Made by a program: the position numbers and the translations under genes
Source: Cystobasidiomycetes sp. EMM_F5
Taxonomy: Eukaryota
Reading direction: 5' to 3'
Assembly: GCA_051047955.1 (NCBI GenBank)
Contig: JBPGPT010000001.1
Span: 1-64,000 of the forward strand
Length of the DNA stretch: 64,000 nucleotides
Shown here: one piece after another, positions 23,801-35,473 of the stretch
Layout: each line of letters starts with the position of its first letter
Numbering within the stretch: the first letter of the stretch is position 1
The notes under the pieces: generated by a model
Told to the model about the DNA's origin: nothing
Seen by the model: the letters and a program-made list of their open reading frames with translations, nothing else
Database searches by the model: none

Positions 23801-26497
23801 GTTGATGCGTCTTTAGCGAACATGTCTGTGACTGTATGCTCTGGTGGCGGTGCAGTCGGCATCAACTCGCCATCTTGGTATTTCATCGATCGCGGCACTA
23901 TGACTTCGATTCGTCGAGGCTTGTAGACCATGTCCGTTGTAGGAATGCAAGATTCTGCCTTCAAGGACTGTTGCAGCAGAGGAGCAAGAGAAGCATGATC
24001 GGAATCTGTGCAACCGCTCGACCTCGATTGTAGCACAACGTTGCCTGCACGGGCTCCATTCGGCCTTTGATGCTTGTCTCGGTCACTGTGCAAATATGCA
24101 AGACTTTGAGACAGAGGAGCTGGCCTTTCGTCGTCTCCGTTGTCGCTTGTTTCACTGCTACTACTTGCCAATGGTGTCTCCGGCTGCAGACCGGACAACG
24201 CGACCTTGCCATTAAGTCGAGGGCGGAGAGTCTGTGATGATGCGGATGTCTCCTTCAATGAGGGCAAGTACGCAGTAGATCTTGTTTCATACGGCCGGAA
24301 AGGTCCGTCTACCGGCGGCCGTGTCGGTTGAAGGCGCTTCCTAGCTGGTTGCTTCTTCGGTGATGGGGGCGGAGGCAATTCTGTAATGTATTCCTCGACC
24401 TCGTCGCTTGACGACTCTTCCGACGCTTCGTGATCCTCCAGAATTTCCAGATCCGCATCGCTCGCTTCATCCAGGAGGCGGACCCTTGATGGAAGGGGGT
24501 TCAAATTTGGAGTGCTGACGTCGTTAATAGGCTGTCCGGAAGTTGGTTCAGTGGTCTCAACAGCAGGTTGAACGCAATCAGATTGCACTTCACTTGCCAC
24601 AGCATTGGGTTGCGAATCTTTGCGCTTTTTGGCAGCGCCTACCGCAGCCATTTGCGCCGCGCGATCCGCCCTCTTCTGTTGACGAGCAGCATGTTTGACA
24701 GCTCGCTGCGCCTTGCGTACGGCTCTTTCAGCCTTCCGCGCCCGTTTTGCGTCGCGTTCAGCCTTCCGCAATCGCTTCGCCTGTAGTGCAGCCTGCTCTG
24801 AACTTTCGGCAGCGGGTTGATCAGGCGCCGTGCATTCTGTCTCGACGACCCCATCATTGCCCTCACTTCGGTGGGAAACCTCGGCTGCGGGTGCAACAAC
24901 CGTACTTTGAGAAGCGAAAGCTCGGCTATTGGCTTTCGTGGTGTCATGGCCTGAGCTGGCAACCTCACCATCCACGTCAGAAAACTGATGTATTTCAGAC
25001 GCTTCCGAAGGAGCGGGCGACCTTTGCGAGGCTGCAACCTTCTGGGCTGTCGTGGGCGTAAGATGGGCTTCTGACAGCGGCTGATGCGGTAAGCCAGCTT
25101 GACGCCGCTGCGGTGGTCGAGATATAACTTGAGCTTTGTGGACGCTGTGATGGATTTGGGTCGGTGCCTCGCGAGACAGTGGTTGCCTGTTGCTTTGAGT
25201 CTGTGCCCGCGTAGTGCCAAGACTCAGAGGAGCGGTAAGTTTCGCTTGTTCATCCGGCGCTAGCTTCCGCCTTTTGTGTGCACGATCTGACGACATGCTC
25301 TGATCAGCCGCTGCAGAGAGTGGCGCAGTACCGTCGACAACTGGCTTCTTGCTGAAGAGGGAATTGAGGCTTTCATTATGCCTGTCATCGTCCTTCAGCC
25401 TGCGTAGCGCCCTTGAGCGTTTCTTGCGAGCACTCTTGGAGAAAGAATCATCTGCTCTTTCTGCGGACTTGCGTCCTGGATCCATGATTTGCTGTGTCTT
25501 CTGGTTAACAGCTGTGAATGCATGCACCGATGTCGTAGCCTGCGCTGTCCCAGTGGATACAGATGCTACCCGAGACACAAGCTTACCGCTAGCAGCGATT
25601 CTTCCTGCCTGTGTCCGTAGGTGATCCTGAGACAAAACGGGCGTCTCCTGCACTTCCTGACTGGCATTGAGGGCGGAAATGACAGAATTGACAGGGACTT
25701 CAGAGATTTTCTTGTGTTCTGAGACGTCAGATTGACGGGAAACATGGCTTAAATCACCTTCACGACGGATTGTGACTATCGACTTCTCGGGCCGAACCGT
25801 TGACGACTCCTCGACGGCATCCCGCTTGCGTTTTCTGGCGGGCTTAGAGAGGCGGGATGCAGCTTCTAGTCCTTCAGTAGTGACATCAGGCAATTGCTGC
25901 ATTGCCATTGAGCATTATTCCTCACCCGAAATAGGCTGCGTTGATCTGCCATTTAAATGTACCTCAGTACCCTTTTTCTGCTCCGTCCCCACAGCTTTGA
26001 GTGGAGGCTGCTACAGTATCGGAACGTCAGATGGATGGCAGTACGACGATCTACATACCGAATACCTTGCGCGGGTTGGGGCTCTTTTTTAATTTCACGT
26101 GGGCATTTGGCGATGATGCGAATGCTTGACTGGGAGTCGCAGAGCGATTGGCAGTGTCTGTCTTCGTACGCATAAAGGCGCGCATACGCTCAAGCTTCTG
26201 CCGAGCCTCTGCCGATATGGCATTCTTTGTACTATTCGTGGATGTTGACGATAGGACTGAGCTCTCGCGCGGTCGTTGTAAGAGCTGCGACGTAGATTGG
26301 GCGTTAGACTGGCGTACAGAAGTGGATCCCTCTTCGTCAACACTGCCATCGTTTTGCAAATGGGCGTCTGAGCTCGGCGAGCGCTGATGCTGTTGCCTTC
26401 GTAACGATGACGATAATGATGCCGCATCCAACGCCGGTCTTTTACCGCGAGCTTTAGCTGACAGCTTAGGCGGGTCCGCAGGTGTGCGTCTAGCCAT
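20900..26497 (-). CDS. Very large (about 1800 aa) low-complexity, probably disordered protein with basic NLS-like and coiled-coil stretches
   Basis: Three long ORFs (148, 1418 and 251 aa) joinable by GT-AG introns; S/D/E/T/A-rich with KRKR motifs; no recognised domain. Confidence 0.75.
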
Positions 26498-26889
26498 ACT
26501 GGTTGTGAGATTGGCTTGGTCCGACTTGCTTGGTCTAGCTGAACCCGACGTCGACGGCCGTGTATATGGTTATGGTTGCACCAGTCTGTTCTAGCCATCA
26601 GTGAATGAGCATGCTCGCATACGAACAGCCTTGCATCGTCGTCATATAGTGGCAGGTGGTCCTTCAGTCATGCAGAGCAGAATTTGCTCGAGAGACACGG
26701 TCGAGCAGCCTTGCAACTTCGCTTACAAGTGAGCTGGACACAAACCTACACGGCAGCGTTGAATCCACCAATACATCATTACAACATACTGCGCAGATCA
26801 GAGTCATGCCTGGCGTGAAAGAGGTGCGAAAAAAGCTACAACTACTATATCGTGACGGGAAGACAGCCAACCTCATCAATCTCTGCGAT

Positions 26890-29800
26890 TTACTGGGCAT
26901 GGCCATACTGACTATGTGCAGGGGAATTATCGAATGGACTGCGGGCATGCGGCAATTCCATGGGACTTTGCGGCAGGGGGACACTGGCGGCCAAGTCTTC
27001 GTCTTCGCGCGGTGCTAGTTGATTTGCAGATAGAACTTCGCGATCCGAATGCGCGTCAGTATTCTCCTCAGCCCGGGCAAAGTCGATGGCGGGAAAATAA
27101 ATAGTCGGCTCGTCCGCGGCCTCACCAGCGATACCGGTCGCTTGCTCGGCCTGTCCTTGCTCCTCTTCTTCCTCAAATGAAAAGAGCCATTCTTGCTGAG
27201 TGATGAGGATAGATACGAGCTTGATAGAACTGTTCAGGTTTCTTACTGCACAAGCGAGGTGAAAAACAAAAACGAAATAGAGCCTATTTTCAGTCAAACG
27301 CAAAGATCATACTAATGCCCTTTGAGCTCACTCAAAAGCTCTTGATGATTAGGACCCAACGGTGGTTTGAATACTGTCGGAGCAAACACCGTAGCTAGAT
27401 TATTGGCAGTCATGCCGCTGTATTGTTCGTATTCCGCTACCTGAGCCAAATGGCGGCAGAGGCGCTTGATGAGGTCAAAGTGTGGCTTGGGAAGAGTCCA
27501 GATAAGGTCACGAATAGTATACATTCGCAGCTCATACTCAGAGATGTTGCTAGCCTGCATGAAATCGATGTATGCCGGAAAGGCTATGATCTCGGGCATT
27601 TCCCGAAAAAATCTCTTGCACAGGTTTGCTAAATTGTGAACGTCGTATTTCCAAGGGGGCTGCGTCCGAATGACATCGGCAATCATTTGACCTTGATCAA
27701 TGGCAGTTCGCATATCACGAATATCGACTTCCGTTCCCGCCAACCGGTAAAGTCCGACCTGTTCCCAAAATGAAAGTACTGCATTAGCTTGCTCACCCCT
27801 GACACTGTTGCAGTATACCTACTTCTTGCAGTCCAGTACGTTCGATGTTGTCAAGCATTTGCATAACAACTAAAGGGACATCCGTGCCGTCGCGCGCGAC
27901 TAGTTGCAGAAGGTCCAGTCCAAACACAGCTGTCGCAAGAAGCCTGTCTGGAGCAGATTTTATGGCCTGCTGGTGGCCACTTGCGTGTATGGACAAGTCT
28001 TTGAGTGCTTCGTCACTGCAAATGGGCACGTAGCTTGCCCGCCTTTGTTCGATTGTCTTCCGAGCATCATTGAGCTTTGCTATCCACTCCAATGCAAGGG
28101 TGCGCGTTGGCGCCTGCATCACTACACGCTCTCCGTCGGCAGTGTGTAGCAAGATACAAGTTGAAGAGCCCTTACCGGCAATGGCAGGCAGCAGACTAAT
28201 ATTGGCTTCGGCCAATAGAACAGTAGATATTGGCGCCGAGGGAGTCTGACCAACTTCAATCCGAGCTCCTTCCGAGATTTTAAGACAGGTTTCTGCTGTG
28301 ACGCCACGCTTCATCGGTTGGCCATCGGATGGGAACAGAGTCATCGCGGCTCTGTGGGACTCCGACGGCAGCTTGTAGAAATCTAGCTTGGCGTTACCTC
28401 TCAAGATGGCGTAGAAAGGTCTAAAGGGTGTTTTTGTATCGGTAGAGGTTGACACGCTCAGCTCTTTCCGACCATCGGATGCCTTCTGCTTCCCCTTTAC
28501 GGAAGGCTTCGAAGCAGGACTGAGCGACGGCAAAGAAGCCAAAGGTGAGGAGGAAGGGGAAGCAGAAGGAGTGGAACATGTCGATTGGGCAGGAGAAGGC
28601 GAGGAGGTGTAAAAGTCGAAAGGCAAGCTGAACACTCGATACAGTGATGTTGAGCGTTTTGAGCGAGGTTTTGGAGGTAACTGACGCTGCAATATGCCTT
28701 GATGGAGGATTATCTGCGAATCTCGTTTATGAAGGCGGGTGGAACGAAGTGGCTGATTGACGAGATTGGACAGGAGGGGCTGGTCAGAGGGGGCAGTGGT
28801 ATTTGCAATTTGCGGGATGGAGTTTGCAGTTGATTTAGACTGCTCAAATTCGATAGAAGGCTTGTATTGTAAGGGATTTGCAAATTGTATGGGTGCTTCT
28901 AGGTGTACGTTCGCATGTGTAGACGACGGAGATGCCATTGATTCGATGAGAAGCGACGTCAGCTGAGAGCCGGACTGTGGTTGATGAGTGTCGCTCGACA
29001 ACTGCTCGGAGCTTCGACTGTTCCGCAAGCTGTCGTGAGCTGCCAGCGACATTCGCCGTTTTGCGGCTGGGAGAACCAGAGCATGACCGGAAGCATCGAG
29101 ATCGATGGATTTCCGGGCCTTGGCTTTGCTGGAAGCGGCGTGCGAATCTCCGAGACCTGCGGTGTAGTGGAAACGATGAGTAGAGAGATCGTCCACACTC
29201 TTCGAGTAGTGTCCTGTAGACATGACGCGCGTGTTCTGCCACGCACGAATGCAAGAAGGAGGGTCAGCTAGCTGATGTATTCTTGGCACATTAAATATCC
29301 ACCTGAAGGTCCTGCAACTTCGCTGCCGTGACACTTCGTCCCGACTTGACGCGGCTTGGACTGGGTTTGATAGGCTGCAACGGCGACGAAGATGATGCGG
29401 GCGTGGGATCTGCTGTGGTACGTCCGGAAGATGAATTCGACAGCGTGAAGACTGTACTTGATGACATTGATCGCGATGTCGGAAGCAGCCAATTCGACAA
29501 TGTCGCTATTGACTTTGTACGACGACGTCGTGTAGATTTTGCCAGTTCTTCAGTCTCGTCATCTTTATAAGTTGGAAGAGCAGCAGAGGGTAGAGATGCA
29601 GCTGGTGAGGTCAAGGCAGGAGCTTGAAAGGGAAATCCGTCTGTCGGGGATTTGGCAGAACGGGCTGATGTTGAGGCAGCTGGAATAAGGCTGGAATATA
29701 AATCGCCTTTTACAGACTGAGACGAGGAGGACGAAGCAGAAGCGGGTAGCGAGGTATTGTGAGCAGATTTTCCAGGCTGGGAGTGTGCAGAAAAAGGAGT

Positions 29801-30445
29801 GTATGGCGTTGTCGGCGTACGAGGAGCCAAAGGAGGCATGCTGAGGGAGGAGGAAGCCGAGTGAAGAGAGTTTGAATGACCGGAATTGCTCCCGCTTTGG
29901 CCAAGATTAGTTGTGATGCTTCTGTGGCTGTCGTGGAGGGATAGCGCGGGAAACGGCAACGGCGGTGGTGACGACACGCCCCCCGTTCCAAAGCTGTCGT
30001 TGGTACGCGTCCTTTCGAGCGACAAATCATTCATGGATGCAAAGCCCAGTCTTCCGCCCAACGAAGCGAATTGAGCTGTCCGCCGGTCTGACCGCTGTCG
30101 ATGTGGGTCGCGGTGAGCCGTGTAGTTGAAGATGGAGGACGGGGAGATGGATGACGAGACTGATTTGGAAAGATCGTTTGTATGTATACGATGCACATCG
30201 TGTGGGTGCTGTTGAGGGTGTCCTGATCCAGCTGTGCCGCCACTAGACGGAGCGACAGAGGCGGACAGAGCGTCGTTGCCCGACTTGAAGTGCTCCCGTC
30301 TGGCTGCATTAGACGGCGACGAAGGGAGGAGTGCATTCTTGAGCCGCGAGAGTAGGGTTGTGGATCCAGTCGACTGCCGGGGCTGGGTGTGGGTGCTGCT
30401 AGCGAGTCTGTCTTGGTCTGCGAGTACAGACCTGGAGGGTGCCAT
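26890..30445 (-). CDS. RhoGAP protein with a PH-like domain and Ser-rich N-terminus
   Basis: FYAILRG..LDFYK...EWIAKLN (PH-like); VFG, VPLVV, spliced VGLYRLAG, KRFFREMPE, MTANNLATVFAPT. Confidence 0.88.
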
Positions 30446-30927
30446 ATGCGACTGAGGGGGTTAGTAAATGCGAGGATAATGCTGCCGTCTTTGATACAAA
30501 TGGAGAGATTCAAGAGTGAGCTGGACTGCCTGCCCGTATTTTCCGTGTGCTAAAATGAGTGTGGGTGTGTTTCGTTTGACGGGAGCGAATGCAGCTGCAA
30601 CGGCGAACCCGCGCAGGGTCAACAGGGCACGGTGAGCATGTCGAGCGCTGCAGATGGCATCGTGTGTCGCATTTGTAGGATGGGGAGCAAGTCTGACTCT
30701 GCCCAGGTCTTTTGTGCCAGCACCAGTCGCGGTCAGCAGCCCGTGCACTGACGCCCCGCTGACTTTGCCCAAATATCCTCGATCAATCACCATGTGGGCA
30801 GCTGCTGGCACCAAGCAGCCTTTATGAATACGCCAACGCTCGCAGGATGGGCAGTCTCTGTGCTAGAATGACTGGTGAGTTCAGTCTGCTCCTGTCAGTC
30901 TATCGTCGACGGCCCCTGCGACTCTTC

Positions 30928-31033
30928 GCCAAACGATGCAAATTTCAATCCAAATCTCTTGAACAATCCAACTCGTAGCCCTGCCACAAGTCTGACAGGG
31001 AGTGCCGATAAATGGTTATATGCATCTGATGAC
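30928..31033 (+). ncRNA. Box C/D snoRNA, SNORD69-like guide for LSU G2917 (S. cerevisiae numbering)
   Basis: TGAACAATCCAAC (30960-30972) is complementary to LSU GUUGGAUUGUUCA; boxes C ACGATGC, D' CGTA, C' GTGCCGA, D CTGA (31026). Confidence 0.72.
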
Positions 31034-31200
31034 ATACGCTTGATTATCACTGCGATGGGAGCGCGTTGAGCATTATGCTGATTGTACCATGCCACTCTTT
31101 TCATCGTCAGACCGCTGTCCAGTGAGTATTCTCTGTTCGACAGCACCCACGCACCACCCGGTTCCCTCCTTCCGTCTCCCACTCCGCTTCCACTCCACCC

Positions 31201-31307
31201 GCAAAGATTATACAAACAAGATCAACAATAGGTATTCCTCGGACTGAAGTGTACTGCACTCTGTTGAGAATTGTCTGTTTATACAAAAGTTTCAGCCTTG
31301 TATGAGC
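31201..31307 (+). ncRNA. snR41: Box C/D snoRNA, snR41-like (18S Gm1126 guide)
   Basis: AAGTTTCAGCCTTG (31287-31300) is complementary to 18S CAAGGCUGAAACUU, and the D+5 rule gives G1126. Second guide TAGGTATTCCTCG precedes D' CTGA; C' is CTGTTGA. Confidence 0.8.
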
Positions 31308-31451
31308 TTCCTCTCCTTCCTCAAAGTCGTATTGTTACCACTCGTAGAGAAAGGTGCTGATTGTGATTTCCTTTCGAATAGGCAAGACGCACGTTCTAAA
31401 GTAGGTTTACTCCCCTCTATTGTACGCCTCCCCTTCCCAGCTTCCTCCTCC

Positions 31452-31628
31452 TACCCAGATGATAACGCTTAACGGGCGGTCATTAATTAAGTCCAACGCA
31501 ATGTCATCACGACCTCAGCGGGTCAAGCCCTCTTCGTCTTTCGTCCCCTAGTGTACAAATTGGGGATGGGCGTATGAGGGTGATGGTGTTGCATGTGTTG
31601 AGAGTTTCAAGTTAGGCTCTCTGATCTA
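31452..31628 (+). ncRNA. snR70: Box C/D snoRNA, snR70/SNORD43-like (18S Cm1639 guide)
   Basis: C CAGATGA; guide ACGGGCGGT (31472-31480) complementary to 18S ACCGCCCGU; long G-U-rich hairpin 31498-31592; C' GTGTTGA; D CTGA 31621. Confidence 0.82.
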
Positions 31629-32070
31629 TATCTATGCCTCTCTTACTCGTCTTGCGTGGGGAATGGCTGCCAACATCTTGCTGACGTAAAGTGCTTTCCC
31701 AGCAGACATATCGAATTCGGCAGTTCAACGTGTAGATACTACAAATGTGTCCAGTGTATCATATAGCCAACCTTGTCATTGCAATCTCCTCGAATCAAGT
31801 CTATGATGCTATAGAATACAGTGCCCCCGATCACCGCACGCGCCCCCTTCGCGACTTGAGAATGCCAATACAGGCATTGCCATATGCCATACTGCACCAC
31901 TGGCCTGACCCAGCCAGATAACAGAGCACTTACTTCCTCCCTCCACGCTCATTACTGTGTCTGTACGACACACTGCACCTCTTGCACCCGCCTGAACCGG
32001 TGTTGACGTTCAAGCCAGCCTCGTTAATTCGCAGCACATCAAAGGACATTTAAAGGACAGCACACTCGCA

Positions 32071-33307
32071 ATGGCAGCGACGGATGCGCCAGTACCTACA
32101 GTGAGTATCGAGACACCGTCACTGGCTCCTTGTCAGCTGCGATGTTCACCATCTAATTATACATTGTCGGTTCGCGAAATGGATACACAGACCCCTCCTT
32201 CGACCTATACCTTTGGAACAGCATGGGAGGCATCCAACTTTGCTTCTTTAGCTAACGGAGGCGTGGCCACAAAGCAAATTGCAAGCACGTACGGTCCAGA
32301 CGCGGACGCAGCAACCCCGACAACTCCGACTTCCCAACTCACAGTCTATTACGGCGGCAACAACGCCAACAACACTGCCGCACCCCAAATATCAGGCTCT
32401 GCCTCTTCGTCGTCTTCTGTATCTTGGTGGAACAAGCTCAGCAATGGGACAAAATATGCTATATATGGTGGAGCGGCCGGAGTGCTTGTAATTCTGATTG
32501 TACGTATTGTTGCACATCGCAAATGTCGTTTTTAGCTGACCGATTGTATGACATTGTTCACGTCAATGACAGGCCCTCATCGCATTCATTGTTGTTCGAA
32601 GGAGACGCAAGAGACGAAGCGTGATTGAAAATCGCAATAAGGCAATGCGGATGACGTGGGTCCACCTTCATCTGACAACTGACCTGGTGGGCACGCTGAA
32701 TGCTCAATTCGCCCTCCTCAGACAACGCTCTTCTTTCGCTTCGCCCATGCATTCTCGAGGATCAGCATCAGCAGCAACGCTAGTTGCAGATCAAGATACC
32801 TACACACCGAATGAAGATACATCTGGCAAGCTATACACACCACAACAGTCTTACAATGACGGCTACGGCTCCAAGTCTGGAATGGCCTTCAACGATGCTC
32901 AGTCTGTGCACTCTGTTCCTCCGATCTACGGGCAGTTCAGCAATGGCAGTCACGTTCAACTACAACAACAGCAACAACATCAACCACAGTCTGGTAAATC
33001 TTTCCGCGAAGATCGGTCACAGCAGGCCAGGCACTCTCCCTACCCGCTTTCAAATGGATACGACGATAGCTATGCGTCAGTAGGCGACGACTCGATGAAT
33101 AGCGAATCGCACGGAGCGTACGCCCCTTCATACGCCCAAAACCACCAGCAAAGCTATCATCAGCCCGAGTATCAGTCCGAGTATCCGTCAACCAATCGCT
33201 ACCAGGCGTACGCGCAAGACGATGATCTCGGCGCGTCACAGTACAGCACGAGATACCAGCCGCAGCACGTTCACTCTGATGGCGGTAGACAGTACCGGCA
33301 GTACTGA
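32071..33307 (+). CDS. Single-pass membrane protein with a T/S/A-rich N-terminal region and Q/Y/S-rich C-terminal tail
   Basis: Spliced TM YAIYGGAAGVLVILIALIAFIVV followed by RRRRKRR; three GT-AG introns. Confidence 0.75.
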
Positions 33308-33681
33308 TCAACACACACATTTAGACCTTGTACAATCTATCATCAGCCTATGCGACTTTAGCAGGATTGCGCAGGCGCATATCATATTGAAAACGGACAA
33401 TAATTTCTGCCGACTATGGGACGTGATAAACTCTTCGACCATTGTCCCAAAGCATTGCGACAAATTCGGTTGCTCGCTCGAAGTACGCAAAAACAACAAC
33501 ATTCCTGCTGCATGGCAACAACCTGCTGGCCTCGTAAAGCTATTACTGATCTCTGTGACTGAATCGACTGTATGTTGTGTGCCCCCTTCTCACCGTTTCG
33601 CATGACACCCTGCTGCACGCTGCCCATACCTTTGAAGAGCCTTGATGACCTTGATGACCATGTCGAGCCGTCCAATGCACC

Positions 33682-34909
33682 TCAAGGCGACGATAGAATA
33701 ATTTCGAGAAACTTGTCGTAGGAGATATTGACCCATCCATCTCTGTCCGTGTCGAGCTCCATGAATGCGGAAGTTAGCGTCTTTACGCTGACGCAACATC
33801 GCACAAAGCTGTCTGTAGGCAGAGAGAGAAGTTTTCAGACATTTCTTCTGACATATCCTTACAAGAGCGCGTATGCTGTATGCCTACCAAAAGTAATGCC
33901 TGCTGGTCGACCGGGTACCGTAGAGACTGAGCCTGACATGCGAGAGAACTGTATTAGCGGAAAAATCTCGCGTCCAACGACAGTTGGAAACTTGCTGTAT
34001 TTTCTGCAGAGCAGATCTACCAACTTTGCAGACAGGTTGTATTCTAATGCATCGCTTCAGTCTCCACATTTTCTGACGCACAGGCACCGAGATGCTTACG
34101 GAATTCTGCTAAAGCTCTAGCCAGTTCGTCGCCATCGATTGTACCGGACCTGTCGGCGTCGAAGCGCCGGAATATACCTTGCCATTGCTCGACGTATTGA
34201 AAGATGTCGACAAACCTGAATATGGCCGTCAGCAGAGTAGATGTAGCTGAGCGTAGAAATGCCCGAACTCGTTGAAGCCAATTTGGCCAGAGCGGTCCGT
34301 ATCAAACATGCCAAGGAGCATCTTGACTGTCTCCGTAGAGAATTGCGAATGATCTCCGTTGCGTAGAGCTCCTTGCAATTCAGATGCGGATATCTGACCG
34401 GAGCGATCAGTGTCTACCAGATGAAACCAACGCCAGTGTTCGGGATTGACGTTTGGAGGGCACGGTGGAGGACCAGGTCGACGCTGACTTGAAACTGTGT
34501 CTGTTCGACTGGGTCCACCAGAACCGGCACTCGCACCAGGTCCTGGAGCGATACTATGACCAGCATGGTCGTGTGTAGGGTACTGAGGACTATGGTGCTG
34601 TTGCTGATGCTGCCCTTGATACCGCTGCTGCCCACTGGCGACCGAGCTGACAGACGACATGCGCGACACGCCTGCCGCAGGATCCATCGCTGAAGGTCTC
34701 TGTGCGGAGTGACTTGCGTAGCTGCCAGAGGGTCTTAGTGTGCTCGATGGGACGGAGCCATACATGCTGTTCCCGCTGCTGACGGGCGGACTCGTCCCCA
34801 TGTTCTGATGCTGCTGTGAATTGTACTGCCCTTGTTGTCCTGAATGCTGACTTTGGCTAGCACCGTACGGCTGCCGAATAGGTCCACCGTCATGGTACGC
34901 AAAGCTCAT
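33682..34909 (-). CDS. PEF1: Penta-EF-hand protein (Pef1/ALG-2/peflin family)
   Basis: EF hands DTDRSGQISASE, DTDRSGQIGFNE, DADRSGTIDGDE and DTDRDGWVNISY; G/Q/P-rich N-terminus. Confidence 0.9.
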
Positions 34910-35473
34910 CGTTGGAGTGGAGAGAAGTATCTGAAAAAGGCCAACATGTGTTGGCACGGATTGCCATCAACACCACACCGCCATGGTCGGTCGCGGGTCT
35001 CAGGCACAGCCTCAGGGATTTATTATGTCATCGCGTTGCATTCGCATTCAGAGCAGAGACAGTACAAATACATATGCAGGTCCTCATGCTATATGTACAC
35101 TAGCAGACTGCTACTCTGGCTCGCTGTTCAGCGCGACTTTGCCAAACGGACCGTGCTGAAGCAACGACGATTCGCGAGAGTCGGTGCAGGAAGTCGGTGG
35201 ATGGCGTATCGCGGCTGATTGACATGCGACCGACGGTATGTGGAAGACTTGCAGAGATGACGTGTAAGAGACGCACAGATCCGAATGATGTCAACAGTAC
35301 TCTTCATACTTCCAGTATACTGATGACGGAGAATAAGATGCATCCATCGATGCGTCAAGCAGGTAGCAAGAGGGCTAATACTGATATTGCTGCGCTATCT
35401 GCTCTTACAGAACTTCGTACTGAAAAGGGCGGCGATTGCGAAGGGGAAAGGCAAGAGGTAAAACATGGCGCCG

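Larger units (their letters stand above)
30850..31750 (+). ncRNA. Putative non-protein-coding spliced snoRNA host transcript (outer limits approximate)
   Basis: Introns 30875-31110, 31122-31381 and 31401-31702/5 with GTGAGT/GTAGGT donors, GCTGAY branch points and YAG acceptors. Internal exons are 11 and 19 nt, and the spliced ORF is only MTDRCPARRTF*. Confidence 0.75.

Noticed and set aside
31750..31925. Fourth snoRNA (snR51) completing the yeast-type cluster
   Set aside because: ATGATGC and CTGA are present, but there is no Am100 guide, only a 7-nt match near Um2729, and no convincing enclosing intron.
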